From: Chitinophagales bacterium
GTDB lineage: Bacteria > Bacteroidota > Bacteroidia > Chitinophagales > Chitinophagaceae
Reading direction: 5' to 3'
Length of the DNA stretch: 64,000 nt
NCBI GenBank assembly: GCA_038225275.1
Contig: JBBREY010000001.1
Location: 2,408 to 66,407, forward strand
The notes under the pieces were generated by a model. The model did no database searches and was not told the origin of the DNA. It saw nothing but the letters and a program-made list of their open reading frames with translations. Below, one piece after another: positions 1-10,437 of the stretch. The position numbers and the translations under genes are program-made. The number at the start of each line of letters is the position of its first letter. Position 1 is the stretch's first letter.

Positions 1-513
1 GACAAAGATGCTGTTACCAATTACTTAAACGCAGTAGAAAAATGCAAAGAACAAGGCGGTAATTTTATTGTTGAACCCGGCGTTTTAAAAGGGAAAGCTT
101 TTGAAAGCGGGTGTTATGTAAAGCCTTGCGTTGCAGAAGCAAAAAACAGTTTTGAAATTGTGCAGCATGAAACCTTTGCACCAATTCTTTATATCATGAA
201 ATACAAAACGATGGACGAGGCAATTGCTATTCAGAATGGCGTGCCACAAGGATTATCATCATCCATTATTACAAATAACTTGAGGGAAGCTGAATTATTT
301 TTATCGCAGGCTGGAAGTGATTGTGGTATTGCAAATGTAAATATTGGTACATCAGGAGCCGAAATTGGCGGTGCGTTTGGTGGCGAAAAAGAAACCGGCG
401 GTGGCCGGGAAAGTGGCAGCGACGCATGGAAAGTTTATATGCGTAGACAAACAAATACGATCAACTACACAGATAAATTGCCATTAGCACAAGGGATAAG
501 GTTTGATTTGTAA
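1..513 (+). CDS. Aldehyde dehydrogenase, ALDH7/piperideine-6-carboxylate dehydrogenase-like (5' end outside the window)
   Basis: Frame +1 is open from base 1 ([15 protein letters not shown]...). Contains [40 protein letters not shown] and the C-terminal LPLAQGI typical of ALDH7. Confidence 0.9.
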   Translation, partial: DKDAVTNYLNAVEKCKEQGGNFIVEPGVLKGKAFESGCYVKPCVAEAKNSFEIVQHETFAPILYIMKYKTMDEAIAIQNGVPQGLSSSIITNNLREAELFLSQAGSDCGIANVNIGTSGAEIGGAFGGEKETGGGRESGSDAWKVYMRRQTNTINYTDKLPLAQGIRFDL

Positions 514-555
514 GTGGTGAGTGGGAAGTGGAGAATGGGAAGTGGGAAGTAGCAA
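514..555. repeat. Six degenerate 7-nt tandem repeats (consensus GTGGGAA)
   Basis: gtggtga/gtgggaa/gtggaga/atgggaa/gtgggaa/gtagcaa immediately after the ALDH stop codon. Confidence 0.75.
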
Positions 556-736
556 CGAACTGACTTAATTAGTTCGTCTATCAGCGTTCATGGATCGTTA
601 TCCTTGGTCTGTCGTCTTTAATCCGTCGTCTGTTTTCCAACGCCACTTCACAAAATTTAGTAAAAATATTTCTATGGCCAAGTTTGCTAATCTCTATGTG
701 TTATTTTCGTCTAATAAATAAATCAATTAAAAAAGT

Positions 737-2395
737 ATGAACAAAATTACTACAATAGCGTTTGCTGCCATGCTTTTGGGATCAACAGCATATGCTCAAA
801 AAAGCAAGGATGAAGTGCCGAAAAACTGGTATCAACTTGACCCCGCGACATCGGGTTACAACGGCATTAGTTTACAGAAAGCTTACGATTTAGCAAAATC
901 AAAAAAACTTACAAGCAAGAGAGTAATCGTTGCTGTTATTGACAGTGGCATAGATACCACGCATGAAGACCTTAAACCAATTCTTTGGACAAATCCAAAA
1001 GAGATTCCTGGTAATGGAATAGACGATGATAAAAATGGCTACATAGATGACGTGCACGGTTGGAATTTTTTGGGCGGTAAAGATGGCCGAAATGTAAAAG
1101 AAGACAGTTATGAAGGTGCAAGGGTTTACCACAGATTGAATTCAAAGTGGGAGGGTAAAACTTCGGATGATGCAATATCTGCAAGCGATAAAAAAGAATT
1201 TGCAGACTTTGAAAGAGCCAAGCAAAAAACTGTGGGAGATGTTAATCCGCAGCAAATGAAACAGGTTGAATTTATGTATTCAAAGGTCGTTGCAGGTGAT
1301 TCAGTTATTAGAAAAGAAATCGGCAAAAGTTCATACACAAGTGTTGACATGGAGGCATATAAACCTACTGATGCTGATGCGAAAATGACGAAAGCCATAT
1401 TGGTAAACATTTCTAAGGCAAACAACACTACGGATATTACAAACGAACAATTAATAGAAGAATTAAGTGGTGAATTGCGTAAAGGCGAATCTGCTACACA
1501 AGCGCCAATAGAATACAGAAAAGATATCGTAAAGGATGATGAAACAAACATCAACGATCGCAATTATGGCAATAATGATTTGTTAGCTAACACGCCAATG
1601 CATGGTACACATTGCGCAGGTATAATTGCGGCAGTAAGAAACAATGGTAAGGGCATGAATGGAATTGCAGACAATGTTAGAATTATGGCTGTGCGTGCAG
1701 TACCCGATGGCGATGAGCACGACAAGGACATTGCCAATGCTATCCGTTATGCTGTTGATAATGGTGCACAAATAATAAGCATGAGTTTTGGCAAAGATTT
1801 TTCACCAGAAAAAGAATGGGTAGACGATGCATTTAGATATGCTGCAAGTAAAAATGTTTTACTTGTGCATGCTGCGGGAAATGATTCAAAAAATGTTGAC
1901 ACAACCTATAATTTCCCTAACCCATTTTATTTAAACGGGAAAGGAAGAGCTGATAACATTATTACTGTTGGCGCATCAGGCGACTTAAAAAATGGTGGCC
2001 TTACTGCTTCTTTCAGTAATTATGGCAAAAAAGAAGTTGATGTTTTTGCACCTGGTGTAAATATTTATTCAACATTACCGGGTGGCAATAATTATGGTAA
2101 TTTGAGCGGTACTTCTATGGCTTGTCCTGTTGTAGCCGGCACTGCCGCTTTGTTGCTAGAATATTATCCCAACCTAACAGCTGTACAATTAAAAGAAGCA
2201 ATTGAAAAATCTGCAGTAGCACCAAAAGAAAAAGTAAATAATCCTGAAACAAAAGAGAAGGTTTCTTTAAGTGAACTTTCAAAGAGCGGTGGTTTTTTAA
2301 ATGCATACGAAGCAATGAAATATGCGGGTAATATGCAAACTAAAAAAACTATAAAAATGCCCGAAACTAAAATTAAAACTTCAAAAAAGGGATAA
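737..2395 (+). CDS. Secreted subtilisin-like S8 serine peptidase
   Basis: Signal peptide; catalytic motifs VIDSG (Asp), HGTH (His), GTSMA (Ser); oxyanion motif AAGN. Confidence 0.93.
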   Translation: MNKITTIAFAAMLLGSTAYAQKSKDEVPKNWYQLDPATSGYNGISLQKAYDLAKSKKLTSKRVIVAVIDSGIDTTHEDLKPILWTNPKEIPGNGIDDDKNGYIDDVHGWNFLGGKDGRNVKEDSYEGARVYHRLNSKWEGKTSDDAISASDKKEFADFERAKQKTVGDVNPQQMKQVEFMYSKVVAGDSVIRKEIGKSSYTSVDMEAYKPTDADAKMTKAILVNISKANNTTDITNEQLIEELSGELRKGESATQAPIEYRKDIVKDDETNINDRNYGNNDLLANTPMHGTHCAGIIAAVRNNGKGMNGIADNVRIMAVRAVPDGDEHDKDIANAIRYAVDNGAQIISMSFGKDFSPEKEWVDDAFRYAASKNVLLVHAAGNDSKNVDTTYNFPNPFYLNGKGRADNIITVGASGDLKNGGLTASFSNYGKKEVDVFAPGVNIYSTLPGGNNYGNLSGTSMACPVVAGTAALLLEYYPNLTAVQLKEAIEKSAVAPKEKVNNPETKEKVSLSELSKSGGFLNAYEAMKYAGNMQTKKTIKMPETKIKTSKKG

Positions 2396-2420
2396 GGAAT
2401 AATTAAGTTTAAAGTTATAA

Positions 2421-2452
2421 AAGCCGCTTCAAATTTATTGAGGCGGTTTTTT
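2421..2452 (+). terminator. Rho-independent terminator after the S8 peptidase
   Basis: aagccgcttcaa-loop-ttgaggcgg followed by T6. Confidence 0.75.
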
Positions 2453-2488
2453 ATTTTCGTAATTTGTACATTTGAAAAAAATAAACCG

Positions 2489-2995
2489 ATGAATGAACCT
2501 GCTGTTTATAAAAATTATTTTGAAAGATATACTTCATTAATTGCTGAAAAAGATCTTGCAACTGCATTTGAAAATCAAACAAAAATATTGGATACTTTCT
2601 TCAACTCTATATCAGAAGAAAAAGCAGGTTATGCCTATGCCGCTGATAAATGGACTTTGAAAGAAATGCTTCAGCACATGATAGATACGGAGAGAATCTT
2701 TTCATTTAGAGCATTGGCCATATCACGTAAAGAAAGTGCAGTTCTCCCTGGGTTTGATGAAAATATTTATGCAGCAAATTCATTTGCAACCAGAAGAACC
2801 TGGGCAGACTTAGTAAATGAAATGAGGATAGTAAGGCAAAGCACTAGGCTATTGTTTAATTCTTTTACAGAGGCAATGTTGGCTCATGCGGGCAATTTTA
2901 GCTCAGCATCTGCTACACCAAATACTATTGGATCTATTATTCTTGGACATTTTTATCACCATGTAATTATTGCCAACGACAGATATCTTAACTAA
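2489..2995 (+). CDS. DinB/YfiT-like family protein
   Basis: YAYAADKWTLKEMLQHMIDTERIF...LPGFDEN...GHFYHH. Start moved to ATG 2489 because the ORF-track extension runs through the terminator. Confidence 0.85.
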   Translation: MNEPAVYKNYFERYTSLIAEKDLATAFENQTKILDTFFNSISEEKAGYAYAADKWTLKEMLQHMIDTERIFSFRALAISRKESAVLPGFDENIYAANSFATRRTWADLVNEMRIVRQSTRLLFNSFTEAMLAHAGNFSSASATPNTIGSIILGHFYHHVIIANDRYLN

Positions 2996-2996
2996 A

Positions 2997-3030
2997 AAAG
3001 CCGCCATGTAAATATTTACATGGCGGCTTT
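2997..3030. terminator. Bidirectional terminator (perfect 34-bp palindrome) between the convergent DinB and S41 genes
   Basis: AAAGCCGCCATGTAAAT|ATTTACATGGCGGCTTT. Confidence 0.85.
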
Positions 3031-3047
3031 AAATCGTAAAATGTACC

Positions 3048-5219
3048 TTAATTTCTTTTGGCCATTTTATCGTTTACGATCATTTTGTTTAATATTTTAA
3101 CTGATTCATCTATATAAATATCCTCTCCCACTCTTTTCACAAATTGCTTGTTTCTGTCAATTTTTTCCTTTGTTCTATTAATTTCCACCGTGTCTGCTAC
3201 AATATTTTTTACCTCCAAAGTCTTGGTTAATTTGTACGCTTCTTCTAATTGCTTGTAAACAGTTTTTAGTTGCTTTTTCTCTTCTTCAAACTGTTTCAAA
3301 TTTAAACTGAAAGGCTTATCCGAACTCGCTTCTAAAATCTTCACGTTGTTTTTTATCTTCGTAAAGTTAGGGCTCATAGCTGTTTGTGAATTGGCTGAGG
3401 TGATTACGGCATCCAGGTTTGTATAATTTTCCCACGGCTTAAAATCTACCTTTTCAATTTCATCCCACTTCAATGCATATTTGTTGTCTTTTTCTCTAAA
3501 CTTAAGGTATTCAAGCCTGTCAGGTAAAACAACATCAGGCGTAACACCTTTTAACTGGGTAGCACCACCATTTATTCGGTAAAATTTTTGCAGCGTTAAT
3601 TTTAATGATCCTAAATCTTCCACTTTGTTACTACTTATTAACCTGTTCTCGCTTTCAGGATTTAAAGGGATAGTTCTTTGAACTGTTCCTTTACCATATG
3701 TGCTTGTACTACCAATAATTATTCCTCGCTTATAGTCTTGTATCGCTGCTGCAAATATTTCAGAAGCCGATGCACTGGTTTCGTCTACCATCACAGCAAA
3801 TGGTCCAGTATATTGTACTGATCTATCTCGATCTCTTAATATTGATGGTTTCTCATCTCTGCTTTTCACCTGAACAATTGGCCCATCTTCGATAAATAAA
3901 CCTGCCATCTGCACAACATCATACAAAGAACCTCCACCATTGTTTCTTAAATCAAGTACAATACCTTCTACATTTTCTTTTTTAAGTTTTTCAATTTCTT
4001 TAGCAACATCTGCAGCACACCTTGGCTGAGATGGATCCTGAAAATCTGCATAAAACTCAGGTAAATATATGTACCCGATTTTGTGATCACTGTTTATGAT
4101 GACAGACTTTGCATAAGTCTCATCAATATTTATTTTATCTCTCAACAAGGAAACTACTTTTGTACTTCCGTCAACTCTTCTTATTGTCAATCTAACTTCA
4201 GATCCTCTCTCAGAACCTCTTATGATTTTTACAGCATCTGTTACCGAATAACCCGTTACGTCAATAGGTTCTGCCGCACCCTGTCCTATCTTAATAATTT
4301 CATCGTTCTCTTTCAATTCACCGCTTCTCCAAGCTGGCATACCGCTCACTAAACTCGTTATTTTAATTTTTCCATCCTCCTCTTTCAACTGCGCTCCAAT
4401 ACCATAAAAACTTCCCTTCATAGATTCATTGAACCCACGCAAATCTACAGGAGCAAAATAGTCGGTGTGGGGATCCATACTTCCAGCAATATCGTTCACG
4501 AACGTGCTAAAGTTTTCATCAGCTGTTTCTCTGTTTTTCTTTGTTGTAAAATAGCGTTCTATCTGCTTTCTAACAAAATCTCTCGACTCTCTTTCAAGAG
4601 TAGAATCTGCCTTAAATTTAAAATCTTTTTTATCCTTGTTTTTTGTCCGCTCTTCAACTAAATCAGAGAACTTACCAAGGGACATATACTTCATCCTTTT
4701 TCTCCACAAATCTGTACGCTCTGCTTCATTTTTTGGGAATGATAATTTTTCAGGATTTGATTCTACAAATTCATTGACAGTAAAATCAAATGGCTTTGCA
4801 AGAATTTTTTCATACAAAGATGAAACTTCATTTTGCCTTTTAAGGTAGATAGCATTTACAGCATAAAAAGATTCAATCTCAGCACCATGCAATTCATCAT
4901 CTATTCTATTGTTGTATTTGCTTAACTCGTTGATGTCTGATTGAAAGAAAATATTCTTTTCACCATCAAGATCTTCTTCGAATCGTTTTAGCACCGCCTT
5001 ACTAAATTCATCATCAATTTTTTTTGGATTAAAATGTCCTTCCTCCAACAATATACCTACGTTTCGTAAAATTTTTGCGTAACGTAATTTGGGATTTTCT
5101 TCGTTGTTTTTTTCGGAGTTGCCCATCGATTTAAAACCAATAAACAATCCAACGCTCATTAAAACGAGCATTACAGGTATAAATTTTTTACTCATCATAA
5201 ATGATGCAATTTTTTGCAT
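3048..5219 (-). CDS. prc: Carboxy-terminal processing (tail-specific) protease, S41A, with PDZ domain
   Basis: N-terminal membrane anchor; DPHTDY, GIGAQL (PDZ), DLRNNGGG, SASASEIFA, TYGKGTVQ, GVTPD. Confidence 0.9.
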   Translation of the reverse strand: MQKIASFMMSKKFIPVMLVLMSVGLFIGFKSMGNSEKNNEENPKLRYAKILRNVGILLEEGHFNPKKIDDEFSKAVLKRFEEDLDGEKNIFFQSDINELSKYNNRIDDELHGAEIESFYAVNAIYLKRQNEVSSLYEKILAKPFDFTVNEFVESNPEKLSFPKNEAERTDLWRKRMKYMSLGKFSDLVEERTKNKDKKDFKFKADSTLERESRDFVRKQIERYFTTKKNRETADENFSTFVNDIAGSMDPHTDYFAPVDLRGFNESMKGSFYGIGAQLKEEDGKIKITSLVSGMPAWRSGELKENDEIIKIGQGAAEPIDVTGYSVTDAVKIIRGSERGSEVRLTIRRVDGSTKVVSLLRDKINIDETYAKSVIINSDHKIGYIYLPEFYADFQDPSQPRCAADVAKEIEKLKKENVEGIVLDLRNNGGGSLYDVVQMAGLFIEDGPIVQVKSRDEKPSILRDRDRSVQYTGPFAVMVDETSASASEIFAAAIQDYKRGIIIGSTSTYGKGTVQRTIPLNPESENRLISSNKVEDLGSLKLTLQKFYRINGGATQLKGVTPDVVLPDRLEYLKFREKDNKYALKWDEIEKVDFKPWENYTNLDAVITSANSQTAMSPNFTKIKNNVKILEASSDKPFSLNLKQFEEEKKQLKTVYKQLEEAYKLTKTLEVKNIVADTVEINRTKEKIDRNKQFVKRVGEDIYIDESVKILNKMIVNDKMAKRN

Positions 5220-5541
5220 GTAGTAAAATTAACGTAAAAATGAAGTTACAAGATTATATGAGTGGCTAAACGGTAATAATGTTTTGTTAAACGGAATTAA
5301 TTTCCACGACAACCAATACTACAAAGGGTTTTGTAATTTACTCATCAGTTTTTCCGCAATAAATAACAAGTGAGAATTTTTGTGAGCCAAATTAATATTG
5401 TCAAGTGCAACTTTACATGTGTACTAGCTTATAAAAAATTATAACTATTCAATTGTATTCTTACAGACGAGAACCATGTTTCGACATTAAGAATATATTG
5501 TTTCTGCAGGATTAATTTAATACATTATCGTACTATTTCAC

Positions 5542-6564
5542 CTACCCTTTCTTATCATTTTTTAAAAAATTGATAAGGCCCTTAAAATAGTTCGGCTGGT
5601 CATCCCACATACTACAATGGCTACCATCCGGGCAAGTAACTAGTTGTCCGTTACCTAATTTTTCGCTCATCATTTTCATAAAGTCAGGGTCCATGGTATC
5701 GTGCATTCCTCTTATCACAAGCGTTGGAACTTTAATTCTGTACAGATCTGCCGTACGATCCCATAATGCAAGTCTACCGCTAATGCCAAATTCTGATGGG
5801 CCCTGCATGATCGTATAAATTTGCGTGTTTGCATGTTCAAAATCTCTACTTAACGGCTCTGGAAAAGGATATACCCTGCAAACATGTTCATTGTAATAAT
5901 GGTTCATCAATAAACTCATGTAACGTGGATCTCCGGTTTTATTTTCTTTTTCAAAATTAAAAATACTATCAACCACCTTTGGATCCATTTGTTTTTGCAA
6001 AACATTTTTGTTGTAAGCAGCATAAGCCGGACAACTGCTCATCATGTTACTAATTATTAAACCCTTTAAATGTTGTTGGTATTTTAATGCATATTCCATA
6101 GCTAAAATTCCACCCCAACTATGACCCAATAAATAAAAATTTGAGCTGTCTAGATGCAGCGCCTGCCGCACCTGCTCTACTTCCTCAACAAAACGTTCTG
6201 TAACCCAAAGGCTCGTGTCCGTTGGCTTATCACTTAAATAGCTTCCCAGTTGATCATAATATATAAACTCAATTCCTTCCTTAGGTAAAAAACTTTCGAA
6301 GCTCTCAAAGTATTCGTGGCTGCTACCTGGGCCGCCATGTAATAACAAGACTTTTATTTTTGGATTATTACCGATTTTTTTAGTCCATACATTAAACTTG
6401 CCTTTAGGTGTATTTATTGATATCATTTTAATACCACCTGTTTTTACAGCTGCTGTATCATTATCTAAAAAATAATCATTTGCCACATTGGTAGTTGCAG
6501 ATTTATTAATACAAGAAGTAAAAACAGCAACACAAATACAAAATAAAATCAATTTATGCTTCAT
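5542..6564 (-). CDS. Proline iminopeptidase-family alpha/beta hydrolase (S33), probable lipoprotein
   Basis: Lipobox FTSC; HGGPG, YDQLG, GHSWGG nucleophile, C-terminal GSH. Confidence 0.88.
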   Translation of the reverse strand: MKHKLILFCICVAVFTSCINKSATTNVANDYFLDNDTAAVKTGGIKMISINTPKGKFNVWTKKIGNNPKIKVLLLHGGPGSSHEYFESFESFLPKEGIEFIYYDQLGSYLSDKPTDTSLWVTERFVEEVEQVRQALHLDSSNFYLLGHSWGGILAMEYALKYQQHLKGLIISNMMSSCPAYAAYNKNVLQKQMDPKVVDSIFNFEKENKTGDPRYMSLLMNHYYNEHVCRVYPFPEPLSRDFEHANTQIYTIMQGPSEFGISGRLALWDRTADLYRIKVPTLVIRGMHDTMDPDFMKMMSEKLGNGQLVTCPDGSHCSMWDDQPNYFKGLINFLKNDKKG

Positions 6565-6786
6565 AATTAGTTTTTTGGTGATGTTAAATTAAGCTTTATT
6601 AAAAATATATTTTAATTACTCCTAAAAATAATTTTTGACTTAGTAAACAATGTGTTTTTTAAAGAAAGTTATTTGGTTTTAATAATGATTAACTGTGTGG
6701 GTTTTAAGATACATTCGTATTTGAATTAAAAAAAAGCAATTGATTTTTTTAATGCTTTTTCTTTATGAGCATGACAAACAAAAAAC

Positions 6787-7212
6787 ATGATTTTAAAAAT
6801 TCTTACAGTAGCGGGGTTGGCAACATTTGAAATTTACGTAGCAATACCAACAGGATTTGCAATGGGATTATCAGCCTGGATAATATTTTTTGCAAGTGCA
6901 GTTGGTGGATTAACAGGGGTTTTTGTTTCAGCTTTTTTAGGAGATAAAATAAGAGATTTTATTGCAAAATATAGAAAACCAAAAGTAAAAGAAGTAAAGA
7001 CAGATACTCTTGCTCACAGAATATGGAATAAGTTTGGCGTAATTGGCCTTGGTTTTTTTGGCACTTTTACTGTAGGTGCACCAATTAGTATTGCGGTAGG
7101 AGTCGGTTTAAACGCATCTCTACATAGATTGGTGTTTTGGTGTTGTATGGGCGTAGTTGCTCGATGTATTGTTTTTACACTGGCAGGGCATTATGGTATG
7201 AAGTTGATTTAA
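6787..7212 (+). CDS. Small multi-pass membrane protein (small multi-drug export/DedA-like)
   Basis: Hydrophobic helices; FEIYVAIPTG and RIWNKFGVIGLG motifs. Confidence 0.6.
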   Translation: MILKILTVAGLATFEIYVAIPTGFAMGLSAWIIFFASAVGGLTGVFVSAFLGDKIRDFIAKYRKPKVKEVKTDTLAHRIWNKFGVIGLGFFGTFTVGAPISIAVGVGLNASLHRLVFWCCMGVVARCIVFTLAGHYGMKLI

Positions 7213-7214
7213 AA

Positions 7215-7248
7215 TAAAAATGGGTTGCAAAATTGCAACCCATTTTTA
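7215..7248. terminator. Bidirectional terminator
   Basis: TAAAAATGGGTTGCAA-aa-TTGCAACCCATTTTTA between convergent genes. Confidence 0.85.
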
Positions 7249-7263
7249 GAAGTTTAAAAGCAA

Positions 7264-10196
7264 TTATTGCTTAACAAATTTTGAGGAATTTATACTTGAG
7301 CCATTCTCAATTTTAAGCATATAAACACCTTTGGCTAATCGTGAAATATCAACCTGTTGAATATAGTTATTTACTTTTTGTTGCATTACAACAGCACCAT
7401 TTACATCTATTATTTTAATTATCCCTTTACCATTTGTTTCGCCCAATACACTTACATTTAAAATATCAAATGCTGGGTTTGGATAAACTTTTAAAACAGT
7501 ATTACCTGAAGCTATCGCGTTGTTATTGGTAAAAATAGTTGCGCTACCCAATTGTACTTTTAAAGTGTAACAGGTTGTAGCATTATTAGCACCATTATAG
7601 CCAAATACTTGCGCATAATATGTACCCGGTGCTGCAGTGTAAGTAATACTTTCAGCAGTTGTACTTCCGTTTTGAGAAATACCTACTTGTGTACCTGCAC
7701 TGTTCAATAATTTTAAATCATAATCTGCGGGTAATGTACCTAAAGTCACTGTAATTGTTCCTGAGGTAGTTATTACAAATTTGTAATTATCTATATCTGC
7801 GCTTGGGCTTATTAAGCCTGTAATGTTTGTATTAAAAGGAATTGAAGCTGCGCCTGAAGTTGTACCGTTTGTAGATACATCATATACGCTGCTACAACCT
7901 GTAGCACCTGTTGCTGTTGCTTTTATAGTGTAACATGTTGCACTATTAGCACCTGAGTAACCAATTACTTTTACATAATAAGTTCCTGCAGCCTGGCTTG
8001 CAAGCGTAACTGTTTCAGTAGCAGTTGCGGTAGTTCCTGCTCCTATTTGTGTACCTGCACTATTATAAACATATAAATCATAGTCAACGCCACTTGGGCC
8101 TACAAGATTAAATGTATTGCTTGTTGTACCTGTAGTAACAAACTTGAAATAATCGATATCAGTTGTTGAACTTATTGCCGCAGAATTTACAACACCGGAA
8201 CTAATTGTTGCTGCTGCTGCAGTGGTTTCATTTGGTTCAAACGCAGCGCTACACCCAGAAGCAACCGCAGCTGTTGTAAACGAAGCTGTAACAGCTGTAC
8301 TTACGGCTGCAGAACAATTGGTAGATACTCTCCAATTATATAAAGTGGAAGAGGCTAAACCAGTTAGCGATGCAGATGTAGAAGTAGTTGCAGCCGCCAA
8401 AACTGTCCACGTACTAGCAGCGGACGTTTTATATTCAACCAAATAACTTACTGCACCACTTGCAGCTACCCAATTTAGTGTTGCGCTGCTAGTGGTAATT
8501 GAGGTAGTACTTAACGAAGTAGGAGAAGCACAAGTTGGCGTTCCAGATGTGCACGTTCCAACCCCAACTGCAGCAAACGCACAACCAGTTTGAGTGGCTT
8601 CTATGCTACCTACACCATATAAATCTTCTGCAGATTTAATAGCATTTGTTCTTGCTGATGCATAATTAGAAGTAGAAATTAAGTAAAAAGTATTTGTTCT
8701 GTATGCAATTGCAGCTGCTTTATCAATACCAATACCTGCTACATTAAATGCAGTACCCTTATCATTTGTACCAGATCCACCAACAGATAATAAATAAAAC
8801 CAATAGTTTAAAACACCGCTGTTTGTGTGCACGCCGCCGTTATCTGCTGTACCGGTGTACCAGTAGGTTCCCTGGTAAGTGTCGGGCTGACTGAACGCAT
8901 TCGGATTACTCATGCTTCTAAAAGAAGCACCGATATTTTCACCAATTGTCCAGTTACCGCTAGTTCCTTTGGCATAAAACTCTATAGCTGTGCCAAAAAT
9001 ATCACTAAACCCTTCATTCATTGCACCAGACTCATTGCTGTATGCAAGATTAGAAGTTCTTTCAGTAACACCATGTGTAATTTCGTGGCCACAGATATCC
9101 AACGCAGTTAATGGGGAATAAGTTGCATTACCATCGCCGTAAGTCATTCTGCTACCATCCCAAAATGCATTTACATTGTCGCCATAGCCAAACGCTACAA
9201 GATTTGTATGAACGTAACTGTTCAATGCAAATCCGGCATTATCAACACTGCTCCTGTTAAATTTTGTAAAGTAATAATCATAGGTTTTTTCTGTACCCCA
9301 ATGGCCATCCGTTGCATACTGATCTTTATTGGTATTCACATTGTTCCAATTGTTATCAGCATCTGTAAAATCAACAGCGGCAGCATAACTTGTACCTGCG
9401 GCTTTCATATTATAGGTATTAATACCATTTCCACGACCCGTTTCCCGAAGGCGATAAGTAGTTCCGGTATAATCCGTAGTAATTGCTTGTGTACCGCTAT
9501 AAGCAGTAACGGCAGACCCAGCAGCATTTGTAGCATGTATCAAATCTCTCTTCCCTAAAATTTTACCTGACACTGCATCAACAAAAACAATTTGCCTACT
9601 CATAGGATACTGTGCATAAATATCTAATTTATATGCTAGTCTCATTGCTGCCGGGACTACTTCTTCCTCTCCACTATAAAAGACTAATTCAGATGTTGGA
9701 AAAAATGTTGCAGTAGTATTATTTTGCTCCCTTTTAATAAAGGCTTCTTCAGCAGGCAACTGCCATTTGTATTTTTGGGCACCTACAAAAGCCATTGCTT
9801 TATTTAAGGCATCATTAAAAGTTAAAGAAGGAGTTGATTTTAATTGTGATGGAAAATCTTTAATCCATTTTCACTTATTACAGCGTTATTTTTTACGTGC
9901 AATATATAGGTTGCATGTTCTACAGAAATCCCTTGATAGCTTTGTTGGTACCTGTAATGCTCCATACCTAAATCGTCTTTGTCAGCATTTTTGAGTTTTG
10001 CAGATGTATTGGTACTCAATTTTCCATTTTCATCAGCAATAATAACTGCACCACTTTTAAAAGGATATGGAGAATTTTTAAAATCTACAGACTCGGGGTA
10101 CATACCCGACATACCTTTTGCAATTGTTTGCCCCTTTGAACTCAAGGAAAAAAGAATACTCGTGGAGAGTACAAGTTTTAATAAATTTTTTTTCAT
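7264..10196 (-). pseudogene. Frameshifted thermolysin-like M4 metallopeptidase (signal, FTP/PepSY propeptide, M4, FN3, 2x PPC, T9SS type A CTD)
   Basis: ORF 9840-10196 encodes the signal peptide and FTP (DDLGMEHYRYQQSYQGI). ORF 7264-9795 encodes NAFWDG, HEITH, NEGFSD, GGVHTNSG and the VYPNP...KFVKQ CTD. The frames join at about 9866-9872. Could be a real lesion or an assembly error. Confidence 0.85.
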
Positions 10197-10437
10197 AATT
10201 GGAATTTTAGTTAGTTTATGGTTTGTAATTTATAGTTAATGTTTTGCAAAAAGTATAGTAGAAATACTCATTTTTAGAATTAACTTCTTTTAGTAGCAAC
10301 TGTTTCAATTTGTCCGAAAATGATTACATTGAATAAAAAGTAAAGCATAAAACGCATGAATTTAAGCCCACTTGCGTTTTAATATAAAAACTCACCTCTT
10401 TTTCCCTATTTTTGCGCACCAAAAAACACAACTTTAT

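Noticed and set aside
514-555. CRISPR array
   Set aside because: Units are 7 nt with no spacers, and there are no cas genes in the window.
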